Shown here: positions 22,920 to 35,813 of the stretch, one piece after another
Position numbering within the stretch: the first letter of the stretch is position 1
How the letters are laid out: each line of letters opens with the position of its first letter
NCBI GenBank assembly: GCA_000708835.1
Contig: DF237200.1
Coordinates: forward strand, 1-64,000
From: Klebsormidium nitens
Taxonomy: Eukaryota; Plantae; Klebsormidiophyceae
Length of the DNA: 64,000 bases
Direction of reading: 5' to 3'
Program-made: the position numbers and the translations under genes
Notes under the pieces: model-generated
Database searches by the model: none
Told to the model about the DNA's origin: nothing
Seen by the model: only the letters and a program-made list of their open reading frames with translations

Positions 22920-25900
22920 ATGTACCCGCTCCAAGCACGAGCAATTGCTGCGCAGTCGGCAGCAATTTTCTGCATTGCATTTGGATTTGTTGCAGCCATT
23001 GTACAGGGGCATGCAGACGCCATACTTCTGCCGCTTGCCAAGCCTTCCGCACAACAACTACGCAACCTAGAAAGCTCGTCTCTGATTGCCTCCGAGCATT
23101 CAGCCACTTATCTTGCCTGCCACAATGAAGACATCCCACTAGAAGCACGCGCAAACACAGTTCTTTTCTGCAATACAGCACTGTCACTGGAAGCACGCGC
23201 GAACGACCTGGTCTCACGCCTTACATTAAGCGAAAAGATTGGCCTTCTTTCAAATGGCGCAAAGGCAGTGCCGAGGCTTGGGCTTAGAGCTTATGAGTGG
23301 TGGTCAGAGGCACTGCATGGGGTCGCATTCTCCCCAGGTACACATTTCAATGGCACCGTCAAGTGTGTCACCAGCTTCCCTCAAGTTATCACTTTGGGAG
23401 CCTCTTTCAACAGAACGATGTGGAATGCGGTGGGCCAGGTGGGTGGAACTGCAGCTCAATTCCACTGATTCTGAACCTGGAGAAAGTTCGACAACTCAAT
23501 GGAGGAATTGAACCTGTTCAGGTGATTGGATTGGAAGTACTGTGGTTTGCACTTCAAAGGTCAAGATGTTCAAAAGAGGTTTTCCAGTCACGCCTCAAGA
23601 TCGATTCTCCGTATTGACAACTTGCAAGAAGCAGGTTCCAGAGAAAATTTGCTTCAAGCCTTTCTTGAACAACAGTGGCAGGTCAAGGCGCTATCTCATG
23701 CTTTTGGCTTGAATTGTTTCTACTTCTTGTTTCTCACTGAAATGTCTGCATGGTGCCTTCTTGAATTTCTAAAATGAAGTTCAATCTGATACAAGTTTCT
23801 TTTGGTTCAGATCATCAGCACGGAGGCGCGCGCCATGTTCAACACTGGCCAGTCTGGCCTCACTTTCTGGGCCCCCAATATCAACATCTTCCGAGACCCC
23901 CGATGGGGCCGTGGACAGGAAACAGTGGGAGAGGACCCCCTGGTCGCAGCAGAGTTTGCGGCCCATTTCGTTTTGGGAATGCAAGGGGGGCCAACTAAAA
24001 AGACTTATGGGGGAGATGTTGACAGTCCAGCAGCCAGTATAGATACCACTTTGGTTGGCAAGAGAAGGGAGGACACTCGTCAGGAAGGAACTCGGGGGCG
24101 CATTCACAGTAGAGGTGAAGCGGCTGGCAGAGTAGCCAGGAAGAAGATGCGCGAAAGAGGCGAAGGACGGCGTATGGAAAGCAGTGAAAACGAGGGGGGC
24201 CTTCTGAAGGTCTCTGCGTGCTGCAAGCACTTCACAGCGTACGATTTGGAGAGCTGGGGTGGGGTCGACCGGCACTCCTTCGATGCCAAGGTATGCACCG
24301 ATGGGAAAATGCGTTTGGAATTGCGGTCAAAATATCAGGACGAGTAACTTTGGGAAACCGAGTACTTCCTGATTCATTATCCAACATTTTTTATGACGTG
24401 AAGTCTTCTGTGTGCAGGTCAACAATGCCGCTTGCAGTAACTATGGTGATCCATAATCAATCACAAACGGCACGCAGTGAAAAGCCTGTTGGACAGTGGG
24501 TGACCAGCTTTGCGGGTCACATAGGTTGTTACAATCCGGTTCTAGCCTTGCAGAACACTTTTCCCTGCTGGTGACCACTTTCAGGTCAAGCTCAGTCCCT
24601 TCCCTGACCATTACAGGAAAGTCGAAGCAGAACTCGCAACACACGCACCTTGTTTGAAAGGTGACTTGGTCCATTGCTCCAGCTCTGCTCTCTTCCAGAT
24701 CAGGAAGCTGGTCAAGCGGTCAGGTTTGGTGACACGTGCACTAACCCGTTTCTAACCGTGCAGGTTACGAAGCAGGACCTTGAGGACACGTACCAGCCCC
24801 CCTTCCGGAGCTGCGTGCAACGCGGGGGCGCGAGCTGCATCATGTGCTCCTACAACGCCATAAATGGCGTCCCTGCGTGCGCGGACCGGAGACTCCTGAC
24901 GAACACCGCCCGAGGTGCTTGGTCCTTCGACGGGTGTGTTAATGGAGACCGATTTTTGATGGGAGGCTTCCATTGGCTGGCCAGAACAAATTGTTGGAGT
25001 ACTTAAGCGAATGAGGGATTGATCGAAGGACTTTGTCCGTTTGAAAGTGGTTAGGACTTGGAGGCGTAGCCCTCTTTCTAACGCTTTCATTAAGCAAAGC
25101 CAGGTGAGCGACGCAAGTCTGTTCACAAGAATTATCAACTCCTCAGTCAACAACTCAAACGCAGAGGTGTTCACGACGCGAAGTGCGAGTCGACTTCACA
25201 TACTCGGCGACTCCCTTTAATTACCCCAACAATCCGCGACAGCGTAACTCATGCTCACTGCACCGACCTCCCTCTTCCCAGTGGTGCAGATACATCACCT
25301 CGGACTGCGGCGCCGTAGCTGACGTCATCAAGGCGCACCACTACACGTCCACTCCCGAGGACACGTGTAACGTGACCCTCTCCGCGGGGATGGATCTGAA
25401 CTGCGGCTCTTTCCTGCGCGAGCACGCCTCTCAGGCGGTCGCCCGGGGCAAGCTGGCGGAGTCGACTATTGACAGAGCTGTACGGAACCTTGTCAAGGTA
25501 AACCGCTGGTGCGGAACTGAATTTGAGGAATTTCCGGCCTTGACTCGACTATTGACAGAGCTGCACAGAACCCCGTTGAGATGGAAAGCTGGTGCGGAAC
25601 CGCGTGTTGAGCATTGTTTGGCCTTGTTACGTTCCTTTCTGCCTGCAGCAGTCGGATCCGTCTCCGTGTGGGTTTTTTTGTCAGGCGGTCGCCCACAACA
25701 AGCTGGCGGGCTCGACGTTCAATATCGATGGGGACGCGTGCTCTCTAGAGGCTCATTCGGCCCATTTTGAGGATCCAGAGGGTTTCACTGTGCTTTGCAG
25801 GGTCCTGACGGCGACAGTTTTGCAGACTACTCTGGTGCATATGTCGCTCGAGAAGCTCCTTAGTTGGGCTGCAAAGGCTGACTCTGGCACTGAACCAGAT

Positions 25901-28325
25901 CCTTAACCAGGCTTTTAATTGAGTCCGTTCTCCTGCTGTATCATTTCATCGCTGACGCTTCCCTTTTGCGCCTTCGCAGGTGCAAATGCGGCTCGGCCTT
26001 TTCGAGGGTCCGGGCAGCGGCCCCTGGGGCCGCCTCGGACCTGCTGACGTGGCAACCCTCGCGCACTCTCAACTGGCCCTCGAGGCCGCTCGCCAGGGGA
26101 TTGTTCTACTCGTCAACAAAAATGGAACGCTGCCGCTAGGCGGGGAGGCCGCGAGCGTGGCATTGATCGGGCCTCACATCGATGCTGGGGAGGCTATGCT
26201 GGTGCGGCACTAGTAACTACCTTTCTTCTTTTCTCATTCTTGGCGTAAGCTTAGGCTTGATCTTTTGGGCAAGAGACATTTTCTGTTGACGAAACCTTCT
26301 TGCTTGTTGTCGATACAGCGTGAATTTGTAAGTTAAAGTTGCCAACTGAGTTTGCTTCCGACAGGGTCTTGATCGCTCGCTATCCTTTACCGACCGCCAC
26401 CTTACACGCAACGGGTTGTTGGCCGCATTCTTCTCGGAATCGATATTGTGCTCCATTTTGGTTTTCTTCCAGAATGCCTGCCTTTTTCGCAGAAACGTAA
26501 TTTTGGTCCAGCCTCCGAGTTTCACCCAAAGCTAGATCGATATGATCTCGCTTATAGCGTATTGCCCCACCTTACTGCTATGCTATTCACCCGCAGGGCA
26601 ACTACTTCGGTCCGGCCTGCCACGTCACCTCCCCCCTCGCCGCCCTCCGCTCCTCGGGCCTCCGTGTCCTGCCCTCCCCCGGCTGCAAGGACGTATCCTG
26701 TGCCGACACGTCTATCTTTCCGGACGCCATACGGACCGCCTCCGCCGCTGACGTGGTCCTCCTCTTCGTCGGTCTCGACCAGACCCAGGAGAGGGAAGGG
26801 AAGGACCGGGTGACCCTGACCCTCCCGGGGGAACAAACCGAGCTGATCAAGCGGGTGGCGGCGGCTGCAAAGCGCCCGGTAATTGTGGTGATTTTGTCAG
26901 GGGGCCCGGTGGATATTAAGGAAGCGGTCGGGGATGCGAACGTGGGGGCGATTCTGTGGGCGGGGTACCCGGGACAGGCGGGCGGGAAGGCGATTGCGGA
27001 CGTGTTGCTTGGGCGCTACAACCCGAGTAAGTCTCCTATGATTTATGTCTGACCAGCTTTTACGAGGTGCTTTACACCTAGAACGATTGACGCTTCGTAA
27101 AAGGCGTGGTACGCCCGAACACGGTATAAGAAGCGTCGCAAAATGCGGGAGGGACCCGGAAGGAGACGAAGCCGCTCTCATGGGTGCGGATTTGACACCG
27201 TGTTCAATCCTGTTAGTATAGCTACTGCTCACATATTTGGTTTTGAGCGAACTCCGAGTCCCGTGCCTAACAACTGGGCTGATCCAGGTAGTGTTCTGAG
27301 ACCGTCAATCGCCAGGCGGGCGTCAGAACTCTGAATACGAACTGCCAGGAAAGGCTCCATCTGTCTTTCAATCTGGGCTCGTGATATAAGCTCACGATCG
27401 GCATCCGACGTCAAGCACGGAGACACTCTCTTTTGAAGAAGTCGACCTAATTCGAAAACTGATACCTTGGATGTTCCGCTTCACAGGTGGGCGGTTGCCT
27501 GTCACGTGGTACCCCCAAGCATTTGTAGAGTCGGTGCCCATGACGGACATGAGAATGAGACCCGACCCGGAGCGAGGCTACCCTGGCCGCAGCTACCGGT
27601 TCTACACGCCGCTTAGGCCAGACTTGGCGCCCATCTTTGAGTTTGGCCACGGCCTCAGTTACAGTCGCTTTGAGTATCCCGACTTGACTGCTCCCGAGAG
27701 CTGGAGCGGAAACGGTGTCTCTCGTGGGGAACCGAGCGACAAGCGGGGTTCGCGAAGGGAGATGGAAGCGCAATCTAGTCGATCTGGCCTCATGCCGAGG
27801 GGCTTAGACACGTGGAAGGGTTCGCTTGATTATGAGCTAAATGTGGCCAGCAGAGATAAGCGTGGGGCCGATGCACTTTCTGCTTCCCTTCGCGAGAGAG
27901 CAACGAAGCTGCTAAGACACCTAGCGTCTGGCTTCACAAAGATATCGTCGAGAGTCAGGGCCGCGCAACTGTACATAACACAAGGGGCCGACAGTCAGCA
28001 TGACCGCGAGTTGCATCAGCGTGCAAGTTTAAAAATTAAGGTTTCCGTCACTGTTCAGAATACGGGTTCCTGCACAGGTCAAGAAACGGTTTTGTTGTTT
28101 GTTTCTCCTCCCGAGCAGGCGGTTCGGGAGGATGGCGCGGCTTTAAAGAGTCTGATAGCGTTCGATAAAGTAGAGCTTGCGCCCGGTGAGAGAAGAAACT
28201 TCGCTTTCACCATACTGGTCGCGGACTTGAGGATAGTCGATAGGAATGGAGAGAGGCGGCTTTGGCTTGGTAAATACGTGTTCAAAGTAGGAGCTCTGCA
28301 AGCGGGAACCTATATCGGCGTTTAG
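22920..28325 (+). CDS. BXL: GH3 beta-D-xylosidase / alpha-L-arabinofuranosidase (plant BXL type), secreted; 7 exons, about 955 aa
   Basis: Exons 22920-23438, 23811-24290, 24764-24933, 25290-25497, 25980-26201, 26597-27026 and 27487-28325. Motifs: [58 protein letters not shown] (nucleophile Asp), [31 protein letters not shown] and a C-terminal Fn3-like domain. Hydrophobic N-terminal segment. Confidence 0.96.
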
Positions 28326-29871
28326 ACAATTTTGTAGAGCGGATCCAAAGGTCTCAGAAACTCTCCTTTTGTACACCAGCGCAGAGTGAGACTTCATGTA
28401 TATACTATGATAAAGGTAGACCGTCCACTTTCAATTTTGCGAGCTGGCTTGTTGCAGGTACGTTACGCTTGTTGAAACTTCAACAAACATATATGTGTTT
28501 CATGAACTGGAAAAGGTGGGATTGGTCTGAAAGGCTGTTTGTATACGTGCCTTGTCATAGAGAACCCTCAGAGAACCATGCGACCTTGCACCGGTGTCAG
28601 CATGGCGTTTTGGTCGCGGATCGATCTGGACCAGGTTCTGTACTGACGAGATAATTTGCAATCATCACGTCAGTACCATGGGCGGGCTCGTTGCCGGGCG
28701 AATCTACACGTAGGCCAGATAACGGTCAGTGACTGTGCCAATAGTGACTTAGGTCACCTTACAATCAATCACGTGCGCATATACCATGCATGGGGCGCGG
28801 TCGATCAGATCATATGACTATATAACAGTATAATAGCGCCGTGCGGGCCAGGGCCCACGCGTACGGCCGATGCTGCCTGGCAGGCCTCTCCGGCCCGCCC
28901 GTGGGCCACTTGCTCTATAGCTGGCGCAGAACTACTCGCGCGCCGCGCGGACGGTCAGAATGCGCTGGGCCGTTGCGTCGTCATCCAGGAGTCCCTGCCG
29001 CGCATCGACTGCACGACCAGCGCCGCCTTTGAGTTAACTCTAGTTGTTCCGACGCGCGCTGTTTCAATTCGATGAGCAGGCTGTCCTTCACTCATGGGCA
29101 TGATGCACGCACGTCATGTCAGTATCAATGATCCATAGAAGCATGACGTGCTCATATTATCGTGGCGCGGCCGATTTCAGTCGTTTCAGAGTTGCGTCGA
29201 TCAGGCGTAGCATCTCACGTACATAACTGAAGTTTGCAGAACCAACGTTTCCGTTCATAGATCATGAAGGACGGTTCAAACATGAATCCGACCAGGAACC
29301 TAACATATCAACCATGCACATTTGCGGACTGCAAAAGCTATTTTTATCGTGCAAGACAAGTGCCCGGCCGCTGGGTACCGCTCAACATTCTGGCACGAAA
29401 TAGAATGACTTGTATCTGTTTTCTGATCGAGTACTTAACACGTTCTTCTACCCAGTTTCTACGCGTCCGAATCGGTGCACATGCGAAAGGACATGACACC
29501 TCTGAAAGCGCTGTGTTCTCTTCATACAGAGAGTTACGTCGTTGCTTTGTTTCTGACGCAAACAGACAAAAATACGTATACGACAACTTATTTGCAATCT
29601 ATGATTGGCTGAAATCATTTAAGTTTGGCGCAGATCTATGCAGCCAAGCAAAAGAGCCAAGTAGTCTGTATTGCTTTAGCTTTATAATTGTTCTTTAGAT
29701 ACAGGCTCATCCTGGGATTGCGGCGGCAGACGGAAGCTTCGTCCTTGATTACGAGTCGCCCCAAGTGATTACGAGGATTTTTCCCATTGCTTACCCTCAA
29801 TCAGACCAGAAAGTCTCACGCCTTAAGAAAATCAAGATCAGGTGTACATCCTTAGCTCGCGTATCTGTAGC

Positions 29872-30533
29872 CTATTCCCCTCTGCTGCTTTTTGCGAGAT
29901 CGGTACGCTTCGTGGTCTCTTTCCGCTCTTCCGCCCCCTTTCCTTTTCCGCCCGCGCCTCCTCGCCACTTCTTCTGCCGCTTCGCATGCACTGGGCTCAT
30001 GAGGTGCAGCCGCAAGTTGTCAAAGAAACGGCTCTGGCACTTCGACCCACTCAATCCGACTATGCGTCCGCAGGGCTTGCACCGGACGCCCAGTAAGTCC
30101 GTGTCCGCATGCGGCACCAGCTCGAAAGCGTCGCGATTGACCCCCTCTCCTAACGCTTTTAGGAACTTATCGAGCTCACTTGATAGAAAGCGGAGGTCAG
30201 CATCGCTTCTCAATTTATCCCCTGCTTTCTTGTAAGCTTCCTGTCTTTCGAGTCTGAACGTATCCGCAATGGGCAGCTCTTGTCCATCTGTTGCGGGCCT
30301 TTCTCGGCCTTCCAATTGCAGGGGGGCTACTTCAGCTGGTCCTTCTAGTGCTCAGAAACTCTGCTCTTTCTTTCTGCCTTCCCGGCTGAAAAATGCAGCG
30401 CTTCCGGGGGGGCGTGGAAGTTGACCGTATGGCCGCAGAGGCAGCGCAGCATGTCCTCCGGCGCCTTCACAAAGAACAGGCAGCGGCACGCGTCGCGGGT
30501 TCGCGCGGCCGCGGCGTTGCATCTCCCGGCCAT
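29872..30533 (-). pseudogene. Cys/His-rich plus C2H2 (BED/U1-like) zinc-finger gene, copy 1, apparently frameshifted
   Basis: ORF 30533-30345 carries C-x10-CxC-x12-CxCxH-x4-H and ORF 30315-29872, in another frame, carries CKPC-x21-H-x5-H. The paralog at 36455-37048 has both in one frame. No usable intron lies across the break near 30340-30360. Confidence 0.6.
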
Positions 30534-31282
30534 GCTGCCGTCAGCTGCGGCGCGCGCACCTCACGTGTCACTAGACACAGCGCTTTCGCCCCGGTTAGCT
30601 GCTTCTTGCAATTGTACATGTAGGTTGAGCCCGTGATCCAGCAGCAGCTCGTCAAGTTGTCGTAGCAAACGCAAGTCTGCTGGTGACCTGCCTTCCGCTG
30701 TTCCTGCAGGCGCTATGAGTTTCTCGTGCAATCTACATGAAATCTTTCCGGAGACGAAGTGAGCAATATTCGCTGTTTCTCAAGCATGCACCACTGGCCC
30801 CGCACGAACGTCGTGACTCAGCGCGGAGGCCCGGCCAAGCCTCTGCCCGTGGCATACGCCGCACGGCCGCGGGCTCGCCGCGACTTTCTCAATGGCAACT
30901 TGGCTTCAAGTTGCGAGCACGAGGCCGCGTCGCGTGCTCTTTGTGAGAAAGTCGCGATTTCGCGCGTCTGCAGGCGCTTGGGTGACGTGCCCATTCTCTA
31001 ACTACAAAGAAGGCTGTGCTTGAATCGGAGACGCTGCTGGGAAGGAGAGATCTGTATAGTTGCTTAGTCATCGACCTCGCGTGCGTCTCCCGCGTGAGGG
31101 GGGCTGTCACCGAGGTCCGAGGATTCCTGATTTCAGCAGGCAGTCGAATTCTTCTGTTCTCACTATCCAAACTAGAGACGCATTCGTGCTTCGACTCCTC
31201 AGAATTGGAAGGGCGCTTCGGCAGGCGATCTTCTCTACCAGCAGAGAGTACGCTTCAGCTGCCAACGTCAATCTGCTGAAGA

Positions 31283-32356
31283 ATGGCGGTCAAAGTGTTG
31301 CCGCATCTGATTGTTAACCATTCGAGAGGCCAAAAAGGTGACACCACTGACGGCAAAGAGCCAGCTGATGTTGGGAGCTGGGAGTCGGTTTGCTCACGCT
31401 TGTTCCTCAGAGAAGATTTTGCGGTCAATGAGTATGACCAGGCACTCGGAGAGCTGGACTGTGACCAGCCACTGGAAGCGATGCTGAGCTTTGAAGCAAA
31501 CGAAGAAGCTGAGGCTCGCGAACCAAAAGGAGTTCCTGTCGAAGAGACTGGGACGGTGCCCTGGCCAGAGGAGCACGTGGCGTGCCGGTATTGCTTGCAG
31601 GCGATGGCTGGAAACCCGAGATACGACCTTGCGAATTTGGGAGAGGGTTTGTTTTTGGGTTCCAGAGAGCCAGCTTGCTGTCCCTTTTATCTGAAGAAAA
31701 TGGGAATCACGCATGTTGTGAGAGTGATGAACACACCTCCAGAGAAGTTCTCCGGGTTTCAGTAATTGACTCTCTCCGTAGACGATTGCGTTGTAGAAGC
31801 GGGGAATCTAGCAGCTCAATGGGAGGCGGCTTTTAGATCGATTCGGCGAGCGACAAAGCAGGCCAACGGCAAGGTGCTTGTTCACTGCCGTATGGGAATC
31901 TCCAGAAGTGCTACAGTCTGCATCGCGTATCTGATGAAGGAGAGGGGCTACTGCTTGGAAGACGCCTGCTTATACGTGCTGAATGTCCGGCCCTTCATTC
32001 ATCCGAACGATGGCTTCCAGGCGCTGCTTCGAAAGTTTGAACAAACACTGACCTCCGAGAAGCGAGTCCAGGGGCCGAGGGACGCATCCAAGCGTAAAAT
32101 TTCCTTTCAAGTTGCTTCAGCTCGCCATATGACGTCAGCCAAAAGGGTCGTTTCAGCTCGAAATTTAGTAGTATCTTCAAGTCTAACGTCAGCTGGCCAT
32201 AAGATATTGATAATCAAGATGCAGAACGGTGAATTGAAGCCCGCGGGGATGGGGACTGTGAAAGGTGTTGCTCCGATACCCGGCTTCGACAGCAAGGCAG
32301 ACATTCTCAAATCCCAAGGCCTGGTCGTCCGTAGAGTTCGTTTTGGGTCTTTGTGA
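31283..32356 (+). pseudogene. Dual-specificity protein phosphatase (atypical DUSP), intronless, one in-frame TAA at 31763-31765
   Basis: GLFLGS...LKKMGITHVV, then GFQ*LTLSVDD, then the catalytic VHCRMGISRSATVCIAYLM and RPFIHPNDGFQALL. The two ORFs are in the same frame and separated only by TAA. Confidence 0.85.
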
Positions 32357-33044
32357 ATCAAAGGCGTTATTAAGGTTGCTCAAATCATTTGGCTTTTTGC
32401 TCTCGACGATCCATCAATCATGCCACGATACGCATGCGCTCGTCAGCTGTCTGCATGAACCTTTCGTTCTGCAGGACGCCGACTGCAGACCGTTGTTGAA
32501 GCGCTTGAAATGATTCATTTGGCTGCCAATTGGCTCACATGCGGACACGATCGTACCGAATAAACAAGAGCAATCTTCCCTGATGCTCATTGTCGATGGT
32601 TCGGCGCTGCATATCTCCGGCCACACTGTATGCTTCCTCAAAGCGCACGAGCTTCAAATGAAAAACTTTCTGAAGCTTTAGCAAGACACTCACAAGGAAG
32701 GTGCCCCAATGTTATAATTGCGTCAAGGTATCAACACAGTCGATTTACAAAGTCTCACTTACATGCTATATATGTGTAGATGAACGTATGTAATCGTCTG
32801 TGCACAGATGATTCCATCAGACGAACACTGCACGATACTAGCCATGCTGCATCCGTTTCGCTCTTTGAATTTCAGTTGTCGTCAAGAAGAATATGACGCA
32901 TCGCCCCTGAGATAGATGTAGGCACGCATCTGAAGTTTGAAAACCTTTTCTCTCACGCAAAGGTTATTTTCGATGTTGCGACCATGAAACGTGCTGAGTA
33001 AGCGGGTTCTTCGTCTCCTTCTCTTCCGGAAACCCCCTGTTGTA

Positions 33045-35813
33045 CTACAAGCTGACGTCCTTCATGTTTGCCGTTATCGTCTCGGCAAGCTTCTCCCTGA
33101 CCTCTTTGTTGTGTTGTTTGACCACGTTTCTCGCTTCCTTGTCACCTCTGGCAGACTTCGTAGTGTGGGGCGCATCTGCTGCTAGCTTCATCGCGTCGCA
33201 CTCGAACTTGTGGTCCTTCCGCCAGCCTATTCTTTGGCAATCTGGACAATCAAAATCACTCACTGAGGTTTGGATTGTGTTAGAAAACAGAACGAAGGCA
33301 CACTGAATGCCTTTTTCAGACGCACGATTGCTTCATGTCAGTGAAATAATTCGATGTTAGACATTTCGTCTGTCCAGCTGTATAGAAGCGCGTGTGGTAA
33401 GAATTTTGCATCTAAAAGTACCTTCATACCCTGCCACAGACAAATTAGAAGAGGTTGCATCTACCAACTTCGATAGTTATCCTTACCTTTGCAGCAGTAT
33501 TTCACATTCAGACATTTGCCGCACTTCAGAAGTTGGGGACTCTTCTTCCTGCACTGAAGACAGAGAAAGGCAGGTATCAAAGCAAGGCGGGGCGTCGTCA
33601 TTGAATACGAACGCCAGCGACTTGAATCAGGACGTACGTTCCAGATCTAGGCGTTGGCCAGTCAGTTCTGGAGATTCAGCAACGCCGAATAAAGTCCTGC
33701 TCTCCTGAAAGATTCCCCATCAGAAATTCTGTCCGATTGGGCTTCTTCCAGTCGCCTTACAGTAGGCCCAGGTTGCAGAGTCTCGTATGCTTTGCTTCCA
33801 CTTGCAAAAAGTTGCCTGAATATCACCTGAATCTTGAATAAGTGCTTCCTGCAAACGGGGGCAACTAGCTGTCTGCAAGTTCGGATCCAGAGAACGGCTA
33901 TTCAGATTCTCACGTTCCAGCAGTGGTCCGCAAGGAACACCGACTCGTCCATCAGCTCGTAGATGAAGCCCCGGTTTATCGCCGTGTGCGGGTTCAACAG
34001 CTCTGCCTCTGCTCTGGTCTTTGGGACGGGGTACATAGGCTTCCTGACCGGTCCCTCCCAAACGCGAAGCCCCAGCACGCCTCCGTAGACTGGATAAGGC
34101 TCGAGCTCAACCAGGCCCTCATCGTTCCGTAACTTCGTCACCTGGAAGTAGAACGGTAGACTCAGACCGAGCTTGAGATCCTCCAAAAGATACCCTTTCG
34201 CTTCAATAACTTGAAGCAGAAGAATCTGGATCCGAATCAACGATTCAAACCTGTCTTACTTTGCTTTTTACAAGATTCTATGATTAGAAACAAGACCTCT
34301 GGTCATTGAAAGTAAAGCCAGATGATAGAACTAACGACGGATCTTCATCAACTTCAGCACTTCAGGCTTTACTTCCGTTCCTCGTGTCAGTCCTTTACGG
34401 AACTCTGAATCCGTTCCTCTTGTCAGTCATCCCGTTTCTTTCACAAGCGCAACTCCGAACCCCCTTTCTGCTGGATACAAATGGCCGCCATTACATCCTT
34501 GCAGAACTAACCTCAATTATTCAGAGAGACTGTCTTGCCATTGACTTCTTGGGTCGTCTTCCAACGAAGAGGTCTGCAGCTCACCCAATCTAGATTGGGC
34601 CGAAAGGAAGCCAGAACAGGCAGACTGGAGACCAAAACAACTGGAAGCATCAACTACACGTCATGCAACTTTTCCTTCCTTTGTGAGAATTCTCTAGAAT
34701 GTAAAGAACACGTAGGAGATAGATGATTCATGGTTCTCTATCGATGAAGCTACTTCTACGATGGCCTGGTCAAGGAAAGGAAGAAAACAGTGACGATATC
34801 CTCACCCTGTACGGACGCGCCGAGACGAAACCAGAGCCTTCATGCGCCATCCTCTCTTTGTTTGAAGGAGATTCCAGCTGACCCGCTAGCCACCACATGC
34901 TTTTGACGCTCTCGCAGTTTCCAACGAACACTGTACCATTTAAGAAGGGGATGACAACAGTGCTTGTAGCAGCACATCCTAAGGCTCCTGCGAGGCACTC
35001 AATCACGCGCGGAAGAATGAGCCTTGGGAGCGCTTGCTGGTCCTTGAAAAGCATCCAAAGCACGACAGGTTCTCTCTCGTAGTCCTTGATGCAGAAAATT
35101 GTGTGTGGATTGCTGTCTATCTTCTCATATATCGCCTGCATAGCTCTTTTGTCACTTACACAAGCGCTTTCGCAATTCAGGGGCGAGGGAGTTGCCTTGT
35201 CAATGTTCTCAACAGCAACCTTGAACGCATCAGACTCAGAAAGCTTAAAGATCTGAAGAGCACCGTTCGAGATCCACATGTCGATTCCTTCTTCGACTTT
35301 CACCACCAGAGCTGTCATGAGCTCTCCGCTCCGAGTGCTAAAATTCCGCATGACAGAAGTCCGTTCCCACGACAGCAAGCTTCCTTGATGATCTGGCAGG
35401 TATGCCAAATCTCCCTTTTTTCTGTCTTGCTCTTCAATTAGGGTCTTGGTCTTTACCGCCAAGTAGAGTTTCTCTGGCACATCAAAGAAGCGGGGCCATT
35501 GACCAAAATCTGCGGTCTTGAGCATGAGTCTTAATTGTTGCGCGCATTCCTCCTCTGAGCTCAAAGGACCGTAACCAAGCTTCTTATGCAGATGAACAAG
35601 GTTCAAATACACAGGTCTTGAAAGGCCAGGGATGACTAATTTGTGTCCGTCGTAATGCTCCTCGGATTCTCGCACCGTACTAGCTGACCCGTTGAACTCC
35701 TTCAGGACTTCTTGAAATATCCCCTTGAACGCTTCAAAGCTGACTTTCTCTTCAAACACCCTTTTCGCGCCTTCAGGCGTCCTTGGATTGGACATCATGT
35801 GTTTCATGTCCAT
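33045..35813 (-). CDS. MYND zinc-finger protein with a large N-terminal DUF1444-like domain; 4 exons, about 499 aa (start uncertain)
   Basis: Exons 35813-34806, 34141-33914, 33553-33487 and 33241-33045 are phase-consistent. The spliced finger reads CWNCRKKSPQLLKCGKCLNVKYCCKDCQRIGWRKDHKFEC, which fits the MYND pattern. The DUF1444 resemblance is by eye only. Confidence 0.75.

Noticed and set aside
31763-31765. Non-standard genetic code (TAA/TAG read as sense, as in some green algae)
   Set aside because: LFR, BXL, the MYND gene and the minus-strand LEA gene end at TAG at the expected positions, and no other conserved exon has an internal TAA or TAG.
31762-31781. 20-nt GT...AG micro-intron removing the DUSP stop
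   Set aside because: It is too short, would shift the frame, and would delete conserved residues.
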